A stretch of 64,000 nucleotides of DNA from a virus, in the IMG/VR virus record IMGVR_UViG_3300028571_000009. The stretch is one strand, 5' to 3'. Both the position numbers and the translations under genes were made by a program. Positions within the stretch are counted from its first letter, which is position 1, and each line of letters begins with the position of its first letter. Of the stretch, positions 1 through 10,364 are shown in pieces. The notes under the pieces were generated by a model, which saw only the letters and a program-made list of their open reading frames with translations, ran no database searches and was not told where the DNA came from.

Positions 1-1
1 A

Positions 2-424
2 ATTGAAGAGAATGGCGAAGACCCGGCTAATCCTGTTGGAGCCGGTGCCGAAGATGATGCCGCAGCAGAAGATGGTGGCGATGAAGCCGCACCTGCCGCG
101 GATGATAAGGAATCACCAGCTGTTGACAATCCATTTAAAGAAGAAGGTGTTGAAGTACCAAAAGGTGGTTGGCCTGGAGCAGGTCGTCCGAAGGAACCAA
201 AAAAATATGGTACCAACCGTTCTATTAATGATAGAGACCCGTTAGGTCGTGAAGCGTGGCATAATGCGTCTAAAGAAAACAGACGCGATAAGTCTCGTGT
301 AGAAGGTATTATGAAATCGTATAATCTTAAGCCACGCAAGAAAATCACAACACCATTAATCACTGAAACGATTAAGTCCGGTTCATTAATGGATGAAAAT
401 TCCTTGTTAGATAGTGAAATGTAG
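2..424 (+). CDS. Portal protein (T4 gp20-like), C-terminal fragment, 5' truncated by the window
   Basis: Frame 2 is open from 2 to TAG at 422-424 (IEENGEDPANP...GAGRPKEPKKYG...RDPLGREAW...SLLDSEM). It has an acidic linker and GRPKE/RDPLG motifs, and sits upstream of the head cluster. Not in the ORF track. Confidence 0.65.
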   Translation: MEENGEDPANPVGAGAEDDAAAEDGGDEAAPAADDKESPAVDNPFKEEGVEVPKGGWPGAGRPKEPKKYGTNRSINDRDPLGREAWHNASKENRRDKSRVEGIMKSYNLKPRKKITTPLITETIKSGSLMDENSLLDSEM

Positions 425-471
425 AAATTGTATATATTTATATTAAATCATACTAACCGAAAGGTAAACTC

Positions 472-1311
472 ATGAAAAAACTCCGACATTCTAAATTTAA
501 GAATACCGGTATTTTGTTTGAAATGTTAGTCAGACAAATTGCCGCAGATACACTTAACAATAAAAGTTCAAAGTCTATCGACCTTATAAAGAAGTACTTT
601 AAACAAGGTACTGAGCTATCAAAAGAATTGGAGCTATATCAAACTCTAGTTAAAGAAAAATTCAACTCTGAATCGAAAGCTACACAATTATTAGAAGCAG
701 TAGTTGCTTCACAAAGGCATTTGAATCAGTCAAACCTGAATAAGCAGAAATATAACTTAATTAGAGAAATACAAAAGAATTATATTATAGAAGATTTCTT
801 CAAAGCAACCGTTTCTAATTATAAGGAATTAGCGTCTATATATAAAGTGTTCGAATATAATATGGCAGATAATCCGGCCGACATAACTAGAACTAGACAC
901 ACAATCATTGAACATATTTCAGCTGTAGGTAAAAAGCCAGAAGTTGCACAATTATCTGAGTTCAGTAAACAAGATAAAGATATTAGATTATTAACATACA
1001 AACTATTAGTTGATAAGTTTAATACCAAATATTCAAACCTAGATACCGCTCAGAAGAATACTCTCCGTGAATACATAAATAATGTGAATAACACAGTAAC
1101 ATTAAAATCATTTGTATCCGCGCAGGTACCTAAAATGCAAGCTTTGATTAAAAAGTATTCAGCCAACGTTACCGATAAAGTAACTAAAATTAAACTAGCT
1201 GAAACGATTTCGTTATTAGAAAAACTAAAAACGGTTAAGGTTGTAAAAGATAATCACATCTTATCGATGTTACGTTATTACGAATTAATTAAAGAACTTA
1301 AAAAGGTATAA
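472..1311 (+). CDS. Conserved head-cluster protein (possible prohead core component)
   Basis: 279 aa, helical, N-terminus HSKFKNTGILFEMLVRQI; lies between portal and protease. Confidence 0.5.
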   Translation: MKKLRHSKFKNTGILFEMLVRQIAADTLNNKSSKSIDLIKKYFKQGTELSKELELYQTLVKEKFNSESKATQLLEAVVASQRHLNQSNLNKQKYNLIREIQKNYIIEDFFKATVSNYKELASIYKVFEYNMADNPADITRTRHTIIEHISAVGKKPEVAQLSEFSKQDKDIRLLTYKLLVDKFNTKYSNLDTAQKNTLREYINNVNNTVTLKSFVSAQVPKMQALIKKYSANVTDKVTKIKLAETISLLEKLKTVKVVKDNHILSMLRYYELIKELKKV

Positions 1312-1608
1312 ATGGCAACAATAGATTCAGGGGACGGATATTCAAATGCATCAGCTAATAAGCGTGATGCTATCAACCGTAGAAACAATAGTACCGCAAT
1401 TCTTGTAACAACAGCTAATTCACCGTATACTGTATCAGGCAGCGTACCGACTAATATTGCATTGACATGTAATACAGGTACTGCGGGTACCGGTTCATTA
1501 TCAAGTGGTGGCACGATTAGCTTAGGGTCGCTGCAGGTAGGGGCTATTTATCCATTATCATTATCGAATGTTATAGTAACAGCAGGTTCGGTAAATCTAT
1601 TATACTAA
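1312..1608 (+). CDS. Hypothetical small beta-rich protein, possibly virion-associated
   Basis: 98 aa, rich in S/T/G/V, abuts flanking genes. Confidence 0.45.
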   Translation: MATIDSGDGYSNASANKRDAINRRNNSTAILVTTANSPYTVSGSVPTNIALTCNTGTAGTGSLSSGGTISLGSLQVGAIYPLSLSNVIVTAGSVNLLY

Positions 1609-1610
1609 TT

Positions 1611-2201
1611 ATGGCGAAGTATTTAAACGAAATGATATCTAGAATTCGCTTAGACGAGAAAGAGCAACTACCCAAAGATATTTTAGCATCACAGGGGGTT
1701 GAAATAGATGATGAAGACCTTCAAGAAATGTCTGATTCATCAGGGGCGGGACCATATAGTACACCATTCGCCTTCGGTAAAGCATCAGATAAATCAATTG
1801 AATCGTTAGGATATAAGAAGGTTAAAAAGAAACCAGGTGTAAATGTAGTTAAAGAAGATTCTGAATTCATGAAAGTGTCTAAACAAATGCACTTGACTGA
1901 GGTATCTTATAAAGATTACAAGAATGACCCAACCAGCTCTTCTAAATTTAAGTTGAATAACGCAATTAAGGAAATTAATAGCAGATTATTTCAAGTAGAG
2001 CGATATCTTAAGCAGAATCGTAAACTAAAAGAGGAGGAAAATTTAGGAACGGATGAATATTGGAAATCAACTGCACATAAATTAGTTAAAATGAACGAGC
2101 GAGTTCGCAATTTATATAAAGAAATTAAGAATTTTGGACTAGAAGAAGTTATGAAACAAATTCAAGAAGCTGAGCAATTAGCTCAAGAATCTAAAAGATA
2201 A
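1611..2201 (+). CDS. Hypothetical head-cluster protein
   Basis: 196 aa, EMS..SGAGPYSTPFAF motif, tight packing. Confidence 0.5.
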   Translation: MAKYLNEMISRIRLDEKEQLPKDILASQGVEIDDEDLQEMSDSSGAGPYSTPFAFGKASDKSIESLGYKKVKKKPGVNVVKEDSEFMKVSKQMHLTEVSYKDYKNDPTSSSKFKLNNAIKEINSRLFQVERYLKQNRKLKEEENLGTDEYWKSTAHKLVKMNERVRNLYKEIKNFGLEEVMKQIQEAEQLAQESKR

Positions 2202-2205
2202 AATT

Positions 2206-2811
2206 ATGAAGCAATTACTCGTAGATTATTTACCATTTCAAATAAGCCCGCAACAGATTAATGAAGCGATGGCCCAAAACGGTGGCCGGTTACTCGTAAA
2301 AGGTATTTTACAACGTGCGGACGCGGAAAACCAAAATGGTAGAAGATATCCTAGACCGATATTGCAACGTGAAGCGGTAAAATATACCGAGTCAATTAAG
2401 CAACGCCGTGCATTAGGGGAATTAGACCACCCAGATTCTGCGGTGGTCAATCTTAATAATGTATCACACAATATTATTGAGATGCATTGGGACGGTAATG
2501 ATTTATTAGGAACTGTAGAAGTATTGACTACACCTGCAGGAAACATATTACGTGAGCTATTCAAGGCGGGAATTACCTTAGGTATTTCTTCAAGAGGAAT
2601 GGGCTCCGTTAAGGAATTAGGTGAGGGAAAGGTTGAAGTTCAAGAAGATTTTGATTTGATAGCGTTTGATTTTGTATCGAACCCATCAACTCAAGGTGCG
2701 TTCTTAAGACCGATTCACGAATCAGTAAGTAAGGGTGGAATAATTACACCGGCAGCAAATAAGTATGGAGTAATTAACCGATTAATCACGGATATTTTAT
2801 CAGACTTCTAA
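2206..2811 (+). CDS. Prohead core protease (T4 gp21-like)
   Basis: ENQNGRRYP, ALGELDHP, VSH, GISSRGMGS and FDFVSNPS motifs. Confidence 0.93.
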   Translation: MKQLLVDYLPFQISPQQINEAMAQNGGRLLVKGILQRADAENQNGRRYPRPILQREAVKYTESIKQRRALGELDHPDSAVVNLNNVSHNIIEMHWDGNDLLGTVEVLTTPAGNILRELFKAGITLGISSRGMGSVKELGEGKVEVQEDFDLIAFDFVSNPSTQGAFLRPIHESVSKGGIITPAANKYGVINRLITDILSDF

Positions 2812-3263
2812 TGAAAGTAACTCAATTCAGACAATTAATACGAGAAGAAATTAAAAAAGTTCTCAACGAATCAAACCACGTTATAACGGAAGGAGAATCA
2901 GCCGAACTAGAGAAGCTCTTCGCGAAGTTGGTACCGCCATCGGGCCCTGCTAAAACGGAAGAAGGCGAATTAGTTAGAGCTATTATGCGAATATGGTATC
3001 GTTACACAAACGATGGCGATTATTGGTTTAAAGGATACGGTAGAGAAACCGCAGGCCCGACACGTAAATGGTTAGCGAGTGAATCACCATTAGCAAGCGA
3101 AATGCGCAGCATACTTAAGGTGGTATCGTTACCACGCGGTTCCGCAGAATACGGTAGCAATGACCCGTATATGAAATCAATCAAACAGGCCGCAGCTGTT
3201 ATTGTTAAGTATGTGAATTCAAAAGGAAAAAATTTAACACCTAATACGGGTGACAGTAGATAA
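2811..3263 (+). CDS. Leader-bearing putative internal head protein
   Basis: N-terminus MKVTQFRQLIREEIKKVLNE, then an LVPPSG...GELVRAIMRIWYRYTNDG domain. Confidence 0.6.
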   Translation: MKVTQFRQLIREEIKKVLNESNHVITEGESAELEKLFAKLVPPSGPAKTEEGELVRAIMRIWYRYTNDGDYWFKGYGRETAGPTRKWLASESPLASEMRSILKVVSLPRGSAEYGSNDPYMKSIKQAAAVIVKYVNSKGKNLTPNTGDSR

Positions 3264-3275
3264 AAAATAAATAAT

Positions 3276-3707
3276 ATGCCAGCAGTATCAAAATCACAAC
3301 AAGCACTATTCGGACTTGTAAAAGCCGTTAAAGCAGGTAAAGTAACCCCAGGTAAAGTATCTAAGAATGTTAGAGACATTGCCAAGGATATGTCATCAAA
3401 AGAAATAAATAAATTTGCTAAAACCAAAACAAAAGAACTTCCCGATAAAACGAAAGAAGTTAAAAAGGAATCATCTGGTAAGCTGGGTGATATGGCTAAG
3501 GAAATTACGGGTAAGAAGTCGGTTAAGGACGCAGACACATCAATACCGAAAGCAAATATTCATCCGTGGGTAGCAAATGCTATGGAAGAACTAAATAATA
3601 CTCTAGAATTATACTTATCACCGAAAGCTAATACAAAAGTTGATTGGCAATTATTGAAGAGTCATATGAATGACTTAACGAAACAAATAAACAAATTTCA
3701 TAAATAA
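3276..3707 (+). CDS. Basic putative virion protein (MPAxSKxQQ N-terminus, DUF3008-like)
   Basis: MPAVSKSQQALFGLVKAVK, Lys-rich. Confidence 0.5.
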   Translation: MPAVSKSQQALFGLVKAVKAGKVTPGKVSKNVRDIAKDMSSKEINKFAKTKTKELPDKTKEVKKESSGKLGDMAKEITGKKSVKDADTSIPKANIHPWVANAMEELNNTLELYLSPKANTKVDWQLLKSHMNDLTKQINKFHK

Positions 3708-3708
3708 T

Positions 3709-4236
3709 ATGAAAAAGAAACCAATAAAAGAATCGAAAGGTGTTTGGGGTATTGTCACACCTAAAGCATTAAATAATCCAAAACGGATTAGCTTATCAGA
3801 ATTAGCTAAGGAAACTTGGGAACCAAAACAGGAAGCTCCGCAATTATCTCCAGAAGATAAGAAAGCGTTCATGGAAGCTATCAATAATTTCGGCGGATTA
3901 AGTTCTGCTATATATAGAGAACAGACCCTTCAAGAAATTACTGAGAAAATCAAATCAATTGTAGAGCAAGCCGCACATGTAACTGTAACCGAAACAGAAG
4001 ATTGGTTCGATAGAGTTACTGTACAACGCCATATGAAACAATTGGGTGAATCATATAAAACCTTTGAAAAGACAGCTAAACAATTATCAGAATTACAACA
4101 ACGCTTAGAAGCATGTTATGAAGACATTGGTAGTACGTTAGGTAGATACTATAAGATAAATGAATTTGAACAAAAACCGGAAGATACTAATATGTCTGAT
4201 ATGGTTAAAGAAAACAAAGTAAAAAAACGTAGATAA
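3709..4236 (+). CDS. Conserved hypothetical head-cluster protein
   Basis: 175 aa, coiled-coil character, DWFDRVTVQRHMK. Confidence 0.55.
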   Translation: MKKKPIKESKGVWGIVTPKALNNPKRISLSELAKETWEPKQEAPQLSPEDKKAFMEAINNFGGLSSAIYREQTLQEITEKIKSIVEQAAHVTVTETEDWFDRVTVQRHMKQLGESYKTFEKTAKQLSELQQRLEACYEDIGSTLGRYYKINEFEQKPEDTNMSDMVKENKVKKRR

Positions 4237-4256
4237 CCGATATTCACTAGATTTAT

Positions 4257-4286
4257 AAAAGCAACTCTTAACCGGGTTGCTTTTTT
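4257..4286 (+). terminator. Intrinsic terminator
   Basis: AAAA-GCAACTC-ttaacc-GGGTTGC-TTTTTT. Confidence 0.8.
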
Positions 4287-4458
4287 CATGCACGAAATAA
4301 AAAAGTTTACCGAAAGGTCCATCCACGCGATTTTCATCTATATTTATTTCTGTAATACCTTACGAAAGACACTCTCTCCAAATGTAAGGTTAACAAACTA
4401 TTATTATCTATTTATAGTTTCTGAATAACTATATTTCCAAAAAAAAATTTAAGGAAAA

Positions 4459-5403
4459 ATGAAAGACTTATTAAAAGAGGCAATTGCCGATGCCAAAGCT
4501 GTACGTGAGACCGCTTTGCAAAATGCGAAAATCGCATTAGAAGAAGCATTCACTCCTAGATTGCAGTCAATCATCTCAAGCCAGCTTCAGAAAGAAGAAG
4601 AAGGCGCTGATGACGAAATGCAAGACGAAGATGATGTTGATTCAACCGAAGAAGCACCCGTTGAGGATGCTCCGGTAGAAGATGAAGTAGCAACCGACGA
4701 CGAATCATCAGAAGAATATTCTGAAGATGAAACCGGAGAAGGTGAAGCTCAAGAAGAAGAAGATGTTGATTTAGAAGAAATCATCCGCGAATTAGAAGGA
4801 AGCGATGACGAGAATGTTGATGACTTAGAAGAACTTGATTCTTCAGCCGTTGGTAGTGCTCCGAATAAAGCCCCGTCAAAAGACGCTAGTGATTCATCAG
4901 AAGATGGTGAAGATATTGATTTATTCGAAGATGACATGGAAGGTACCGAAGATGTAGCAGATGATGAGGAAGTTGATTTAGATGAAGTTATTCGTTCTCT
5001 TCGTGAAGAAGATGAAGTAGCTCCGGAAGAAGATACAAAAGAAGAAGAATTAGAAGAAGCATATAATGTTATTCGTTTCTTGAAAGATAAAATCAATGAA
5101 GTGAATTTACTTAATGCAAAACTTCTTTATTCAAACAAATTGTTTAAATCGTATGATTTGAACGAGGGACAAAAAATGAAGGTTATCGAAAATTTCGACA
5201 GAGCTCATTCAATGCGTGAAGTGAAATTAGTTTATACAACATTAGCTGAATCGTTCCGTGGACCTGCAGGTAGCAAAAGAATCGTAAAAGAATCATTTGC
5301 AAGTAAACCAGTAGCATCTACTAAACCAAATAGTAAAAATGTATTGACTGAAGGAGCAACGCAAGCATTGAGATTCCAGAAATTAGCCGGTCTTATTAAA
5401 TAA
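4459..5403 (+). CDS. Prohead scaffolding protein (T4 gp22-like)
   Basis: Very acidic, MKDLLKEAIADAK start, RFQKLAGL C-terminus, directly upstream of the capsid gene. Confidence 0.85.
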   Translation: MKDLLKEAIADAKAVRETALQNAKIALEEAFTPRLQSIISSQLQKEEEGADDEMQDEDDVDSTEEAPVEDAPVEDEVATDDESSEEYSEDETGEGEAQEEEDVDLEEIIRELEGSDDENVDDLEELDSSAVGSAPNKAPSKDASDSSEDGEDIDLFEDDMEGTEDVADDEEVDLDEVIRSLREEDEVAPEEDTKEEELEEAYNVIRFLKDKINEVNLLNAKLLYSNKLFKSYDLNEGQKMKVIENFDRAHSMREVKLVYTTLAESFRGPAGSKRIVKESFASKPVASTKPNSKNVLTEGATQALRFQKLAGLIK

Positions 5404-5435
5404 TTTTTTAAAAAACAAAAAACAATTTTTTCAAT

Positions 5436-7097
5436 ATGAAAAACGTTAAATCACTCTTAACCAACACTGACTCGACATACCGTCAGCAATTGAGCGAGAC
5501 CAAAGGTCTTGTTACAAAATGGGAAGATACCGGTCTATTAGAAGGCTTGACAGCTGAATATGACCGTCATGGTATGGCAATTATGCTTGAGAACCAAGCT
5601 AAACAATTAGTTCAAGAAGCGAATGCAACAGGAACTGGTGGAAACTCTGAACAATGGGCTGGCGTAGCTCTTCCATTGGTAAGACGTATCTTTGCTGAAA
5701 TTTCTGCAAAAGAGTTCGTTAGTGTACAACCGATGAATTTACCTTCCGGCCTTGTATTCTACCTTGACTTTAAATTTGGAACAGCAGTAGCCGGTTTTAA
5801 TACAACCAATACTAGCAATGACCCTACTAAAGCTGGTTACCAAAACAACTCTATCTTTGGTGTTACTCAAGACGCTAACGTAGACGCCTCTAAAGGTCTT
5901 TACGGAGCAGGTCGTTTCGGGTATTCATCTAACGATACAGTAGCTATCGATATCGGTGTATCCGGTTCATACACACCATCGTCCGCTGTATTCGCAAACG
6001 TGACTGCCGCGAACCAAACAACAGATATTAACTTTGATTCTAAATTCTCTGCCTCGTTTACCGCGGGACACATTCAGAAAATCACTGTTTCTACCGCGTC
6101 ATTCACTAATCCAGACCTTAAAGGTGTTCGTGCATTTGTAATCAGCGGCTCAGGTATTGTTACTACGTTCCCTCAGTTTACCAGTTATAACTCGACAGCG
6201 GAAACAATTTCGTTTATCGTATCCGGTTCTGCATCGACTGCAGCATTGTATACCGCAGGCGTTACTTACTTCAAGCAACCGACTGCAACTGGCCGTGGTG
6301 ATTTTGAAGACCAAAGCTCTGGTACTAGTACTACAGACTTAGTGATTCCTGAAATCAACGTAGAATTGAGAAGTGATACAATCACTGCTAAGACTAAAAA
6401 GTTAAAAGCTATCTGGACACCAGAGTTTGCTCAAGACTTGAACGCTTATCACTCAATTGACGCTGAAGCGGAGTTGACTTCGATGTTATCTGAGTATGTA
6501 TCTATGGAAATCGACCTTGAAATCCTTGATATGTTGATTCAAAACGCTGTAACAACAGAATATTGGTCAACACAAGTAGGTGAGTACTGGAACGGTTCCG
6601 GATTTACTTCGGATTCAGCAACCAATGCAGCATCTGCATACAACCAAGGACAATGGTTCCAAACATTAGGAACTAAAATCCAAAAGGTTTCTAACAAAAT
6701 TCACCAAAAGACAATGCGTGGTGGTGCGAACTTCTTAGTATGTTCTCCAGACGTAGCTACTATCCTTGAATCTATTCCAGGATATGCAGCAGACACTAAT
6801 GGTGATAAATCACAATTTGCAATGGGTGTACAAAAGACCGGTTTGTTAAATAGCCGTTTCACTGTATACAAGAACCCATACATGTTGGAAAACACAATCC
6901 TATTGGGATACCGTGGTGCTCAGTTCCTTGAAACAGGTGCTGTATACGCCCCATATATTCCGTTGATTATGACTCCGCTTGTTTATGACCCGACTAACTT
7001 TACCCCTCGTAAGGGAGTTATGACGCGTTATGCGAAAAAGGTTGTGAGACCAGAATTTTATGGTAGAATCTACGTTAAGGGTTTGACAGCACTTTAA
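5436..7097 (+). CDS. Major capsid protein (T4 gp23-like)
   Basis: VSVQPMNLPSGLVFYLDF, KLKAIWTPEFAQDLNAYH, YAPYIPL and PRKGVMTRY motifs. Confidence 0.96.
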   Translation: MKNVKSLLTNTDSTYRQQLSETKGLVTKWEDTGLLEGLTAEYDRHGMAIMLENQAKQLVQEANATGTGGNSEQWAGVALPLVRRIFAEISAKEFVSVQPMNLPSGLVFYLDFKFGTAVAGFNTTNTSNDPTKAGYQNNSIFGVTQDANVDASKGLYGAGRFGYSSNDTVAIDIGVSGSYTPSSAVFANVTAANQTTDINFDSKFSASFTAGHIQKITVSTASFTNPDLKGVRAFVISGSGIVTTFPQFTSYNSTAETISFIVSGSASTAALYTAGVTYFKQPTATGRGDFEDQSSGTSTTDLVIPEINVELRSDTITAKTKKLKAIWTPEFAQDLNAYHSIDAEAELTSMLSEYVSMEIDLEILDMLIQNAVTTEYWSTQVGEYWNGSGFTSDSATNAASAYNQGQWFQTLGTKIQKVSNKIHQKTMRGGANFLVCSPDVATILESIPGYAADTNGDKSQFAMGVQKTGLLNSRFTVYKNPYMLENTILLGYRGAQFLETGAVYAPYIPLIMTPLVYDPTNFTPRKGVMTRYAKKVVRPEFYGRIYVKGLTAL

Positions 7098-7126
7098 TTA
7101 GTGTAGTAAATCTTTAAGATACAAAT

Positions 7127-7151
7127 GAAAGGCCCTCAAAAGGGGCCTTTC
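7127..7151 (+). terminator. Intrinsic terminator after the capsid gene
   Basis: GAAAGGCCCTC-AAAA-GGGGCCTTTC hairpin. Confidence 0.8.
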
Positions 7152-7225
7152 TTCATGTACGGTCTCTAGAAATTAATTCCTAGTAACTATAGATATTATG
7201 AATAAAATTTCATATATTTATTAAT

Positions 7226-8977
7226 ATGAAAGAATATTTAAAGAAATGTAGTTACTGCAATTACAAATGGAATGGTGGACACGATAGAAATAAACATTTA
7301 AAATCTGCCCATAATAAAGCGTTTTCGGATTACATTATAGAATTTGTATATAATGGTATACAACCGAAATGCAAGTGCGGCTGTGGTCATGATATGAAAT
7401 TTAAGAATTTCGCAGAAGGTCCATGGTTTAACGAATACACCAAGAATCACTTCCCACATCAGAAACATACTTTAGCCACTAGAGCAAAAATACGAACGGG
7501 TGTAGTAACGACCTTTCAGAAAAAGTATGGGGTAGATAATGTATTTATTTTAAAATCTGTTCAACAGAAATCAGCAGCGACTAAATTAGAAAGGTATGGT
7601 AATTCAAATTATAATAATCAATCTAAACATTCGCAGACATTACTGGATACCTACGGGGTATCGAATAGTCGGTATTTAGTTAAAAATGTTAAGACATCAA
7701 AAATTGAAAATATCGTAATAGATGCATTATCAAGATTACACCCGGAGCTGGAATCTAGACCCATAATTAATAGTAAACAATTTGATTTTAAGATTGGTAA
7801 TGAAATTTTTGAGATAGATGGTAGATATTATCACCCCAGTTCTATAACGAATTGTACAATCACGCAGCTGAATAATATTATTAATGATGCCGCAAAAGTT
7901 GCGATAATTAAATTATTACCGGAATTCAAATTACATAAAATTCGCGCGGAGCAAATAGACAAAAATAATATTAGTATCGATTCGATATTATCAAAAGAAT
8001 ATATGCCCGACCATTCGTTTGATTTTTATACTAAGATAGTTGCCGCGGCTTATTTTTCAAATTATATATCAACAAAAGGTATAGCTAAGCTTAAACGATA
8101 TATACCGTTGTTTCTCAAGTTCATTAGAACGTTCCAACCGACCCTACCAGATACTACCACCGATGAAACTTTAGATTATTGTTTAGATATTGCAAAAAAT
8201 ACAAAATTACAAATTGATGGTAATACAATATTTCATAATAAACATTCACATATAGGTAATGGTTATCTAAAAAGCCAATTCAAATCATATTGGAAAAGCT
8301 CCTATGGTAAGAATAAATCTCCATACGACGCATGGCTTGATGATGAATTAATGAGTAAGATTATTGAATACAGAATTGGATGCAATGATTCTAATGAAGT
8401 ATTTGATTTTTCAATGCACCAAATGATGCGAGGTATATCCGCTCGAAGAATATCCGTTTCGTTTTTTAAGCCGACGTTAGCTGCCGGCATATATGAACAT
8501 TTCTTAGGTAATATTGATTCACCGACAGTATTAGACCCGTGTGCGGGCTTTGGTGGTAGAATGCTGGGCTTTTATAGCAAGTATCCTGCCGGGGTGTATA
8601 TTGGTATAGAACCAAATACGGCGACGTTTAATGAGCTTGTAGAGCTTAATAAGAGCTTGGGTAAAAAGAGCATTTTAATTAATGATTTATACGAAAATGT
8701 GGATATTTCAAAATATGATTATGATTTAGCATTTACATCGATTCCGTATTGGGATACCGAAATATATTCAGAAGACCATACAAAGTATTATGCTGATTAT
8801 ACTGATTGGGTGAATAAATTTTTAAGTAGAATTAAAAATACACCTAGAATGTTAGTTAATATACCGGATGCGATTAAGCCTGAATTTCTTGATTGTAATG
8901 ACTTATATTCTATTCAGATGAATACGTCACATTTCAGTTCCGTTAATTCTAAACAAGAATGGCTCGTTAAGTTATAA
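7226..8977 (+). CDS. Zn-finger / Vsr-like endonuclease fused to an amino-DNA methyltransferase
   Basis: CxxC...H...H, PKCKCGCG, FDFKIGNEIFEIDGRYYH; C-terminal VLDPCAGFGGR (motif I) and FTSIPYW (motif IV-like). Confidence 0.75.
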   Translation: MKEYLKKCSYCNYKWNGGHDRNKHLKSAHNKAFSDYIIEFVYNGIQPKCKCGCGHDMKFKNFAEGPWFNEYTKNHFPHQKHTLATRAKIRTGVVTTFQKKYGVDNVFILKSVQQKSAATKLERYGNSNYNNQSKHSQTLLDTYGVSNSRYLVKNVKTSKIENIVIDALSRLHPELESRPIINSKQFDFKIGNEIFEIDGRYYHPSSITNCTITQLNNIINDAAKVAIIKLLPEFKLHKIRAEQIDKNNISIDSILSKEYMPDHSFDFYTKIVAAAYFSNYISTKGIAKLKRYIPLFLKFIRTFQPTLPDTTTDETLDYCLDIAKNTKLQIDGNTIFHNKHSHIGNGYLKSQFKSYWKSSYGKNKSPYDAWLDDELMSKIIEYRIGCNDSNEVFDFSMHQMMRGISARRISVSFFKPTLAAGIYEHFLGNIDSPTVLDPCAGFGGRMLGFYSKYPAGVYIGIEPNTATFNELVELNKSLGKKSILINDLYENVDISKYDYDLAFTSIPYWDTEIYSEDHTKYYADYTDWVNKFLSRIKNTPRMLVNIPDAIKPEFLDCNDLYSIQMNTSHFSSVNSKQEWLVKL

Positions 8978-9012
8978 TTGGTAGATATTTATTAAGAAAT
9001 AATACACTAATC

Positions 9013-9291
9013 ATGAAAGTATCAGCATTCAAGAAACTAATAAGAGAAGAAGTTAAAAAAGTGGTTACAGAATTTGATGGAAAGGCCCATGACGCTTCCG
9101 TAAGTAAAGAAACTATATTCGCGGAGTATGATATGTTAGTTAACAAGTTCGGTGATTTGTTAAGTGATGCCTTTGAATTTAATCAAAATATTAAAGGTAA
9201 AGTACTTCCGGCTGAATATAATAAAGTCGCATTAGCTTTAAAGAAAATTCGAGACGGTGTTTATGTATTACAAGATGCTCTACCTAGTTAA
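9013..9291 (+). CDS. Leader-bearing putative internal head protein
   Basis: MKVSAFKKLIREEVKKVVTE. Confidence 0.6.
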   Translation: MKVSAFKKLIREEVKKVVTEFDGKAHDASVSKETIFAEYDMLVNKFGDLLSDAFEFNQNIKGKVLPAEYNKVALALKKIRDGVYVLQDALPS

Positions 9292-9351
9292 TAATCGCCG
9301 CTCTTAGCACTCATTTTACACATAATTTCACGTTCTTAAAATACTGTTACA

Positions 9352-10029
9352 ATGGACCACAACGAAGGTAATACCGGTAATCTAAAAAGAAAACCGAAGG
9401 GAGATATTAGATTCCACGTCACTCTCAATGATGAGCAAAAGGAAGCAAAACAAATTATTATAGATAATGCGGTAACCGTATTAAAAGGGCAGGCCGGGTC
9501 GGGAAAGACCTTAATAGCTTGTCAGGTTGCCTTAGATTCATTATTTAAGAAAGACGTCGAACGAATTGTTATTTGTCGACCGGCGATATCTAAAGAAGAA
9601 ATTGGATTCTTGCCCGGTTCTGCAAACGATAAGCTTCAACCGTATATGCAACCGGTTCTAGACAACTTCTATAAGCTGTATAATAAAGAAAAAGTCGACG
9701 CTCTTATTTTAGATAGAAAGATTGAGATTATACCATTTGCATTTATGCGTGGGCATACATTTACAAATACTTTTATAATAGCAGATGAGGCTCAGAATTT
9801 ATCTTTTGACTTCATGGAGCTAATATTAGGTAGATTAGGTTTAGGTAGTAAATTAGTAATTTGCGGGGATGCTTCACAGATTGACTTAAAGAACAAGAAA
9901 GATTCTGGTATTCATTACGTTACAGCATTAGAGGCGAGAGTTCCCGGATTCAAGATATTTACTTTAAAGAAGAATCACAGACATCCAATTGTACAATTAC
10001 TGTTGGACGTGATTACCGAATTGAAATGA
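9352..10029 (+). CDS. phoH: PhoH-family ATPase
   Basis: GQAGSGKT, IGFLPG, FMRGHT, DEAQN, GDASQIDL and NHRHPIV motifs. Confidence 0.93.
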   Translation: MDHNEGNTGNLKRKPKGDIRFHVTLNDEQKEAKQIIIDNAVTVLKGQAGSGKTLIACQVALDSLFKKDVERIVICRPAISKEEIGFLPGSANDKLQPYMQPVLDNFYKLYNKEKVDALILDRKIEIIPFAFMRGHTFTNTFIIADEAQNLSFDFMELILGRLGLGSKLVICGDASQIDLKNKKDSGIHYVTALEARVPGFKIFTLKKNHRHPIVQLLLDVITELK

Positions 10030-10364
10030 TAAAGTTAAAAAAGATATTGGTTCAGGAAACCAAACAGGAAGAGGAATTTGCAGAAACCAGAATGGGCGGT
10101 GCAAAAACAATTACTGACAATGCCAAAGAAAAAGGTGGGTTAGCAATGCTTACTTATCATCATTTCAAAGTTAAATTACCGTATTATAAAAAAGCCGCGG
10201 CAGGGACGCTTGATATGGATAAAGCATCTACCCAATATAAAAAACTTTTGGAAGAATTATATTCTACGACTAAAGATAATATGGGTATTGAACAGATAGC
10301 TTTTCAGGAATTAGTAGGTAAATTAGAAGTGTTAGGAGAGTTGCTTATAAAACATAAACAGTGA
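10026..10364 (+). CDS. Leader-bearing hypothetical protein
   Basis: MIKLKKILVQE; ATGA overlap with phoH. Confidence 0.55.
   Translation: MIKLKKILVQETKQEEEFAETRMGGAKTITDNAKEKGGLAMLTYHHFKVKLPYYKKAAAGTLDMDKASTQYKKLLEELYSTTKDNMGIEQIAFQELVGKLEVLGELLIKHKQ

Noticed and set aside
3-245. Track ORF 3..245
   Set aside because: A shadow frame. Frame 2 (2..424) gives a coherent portal-type C-terminus.
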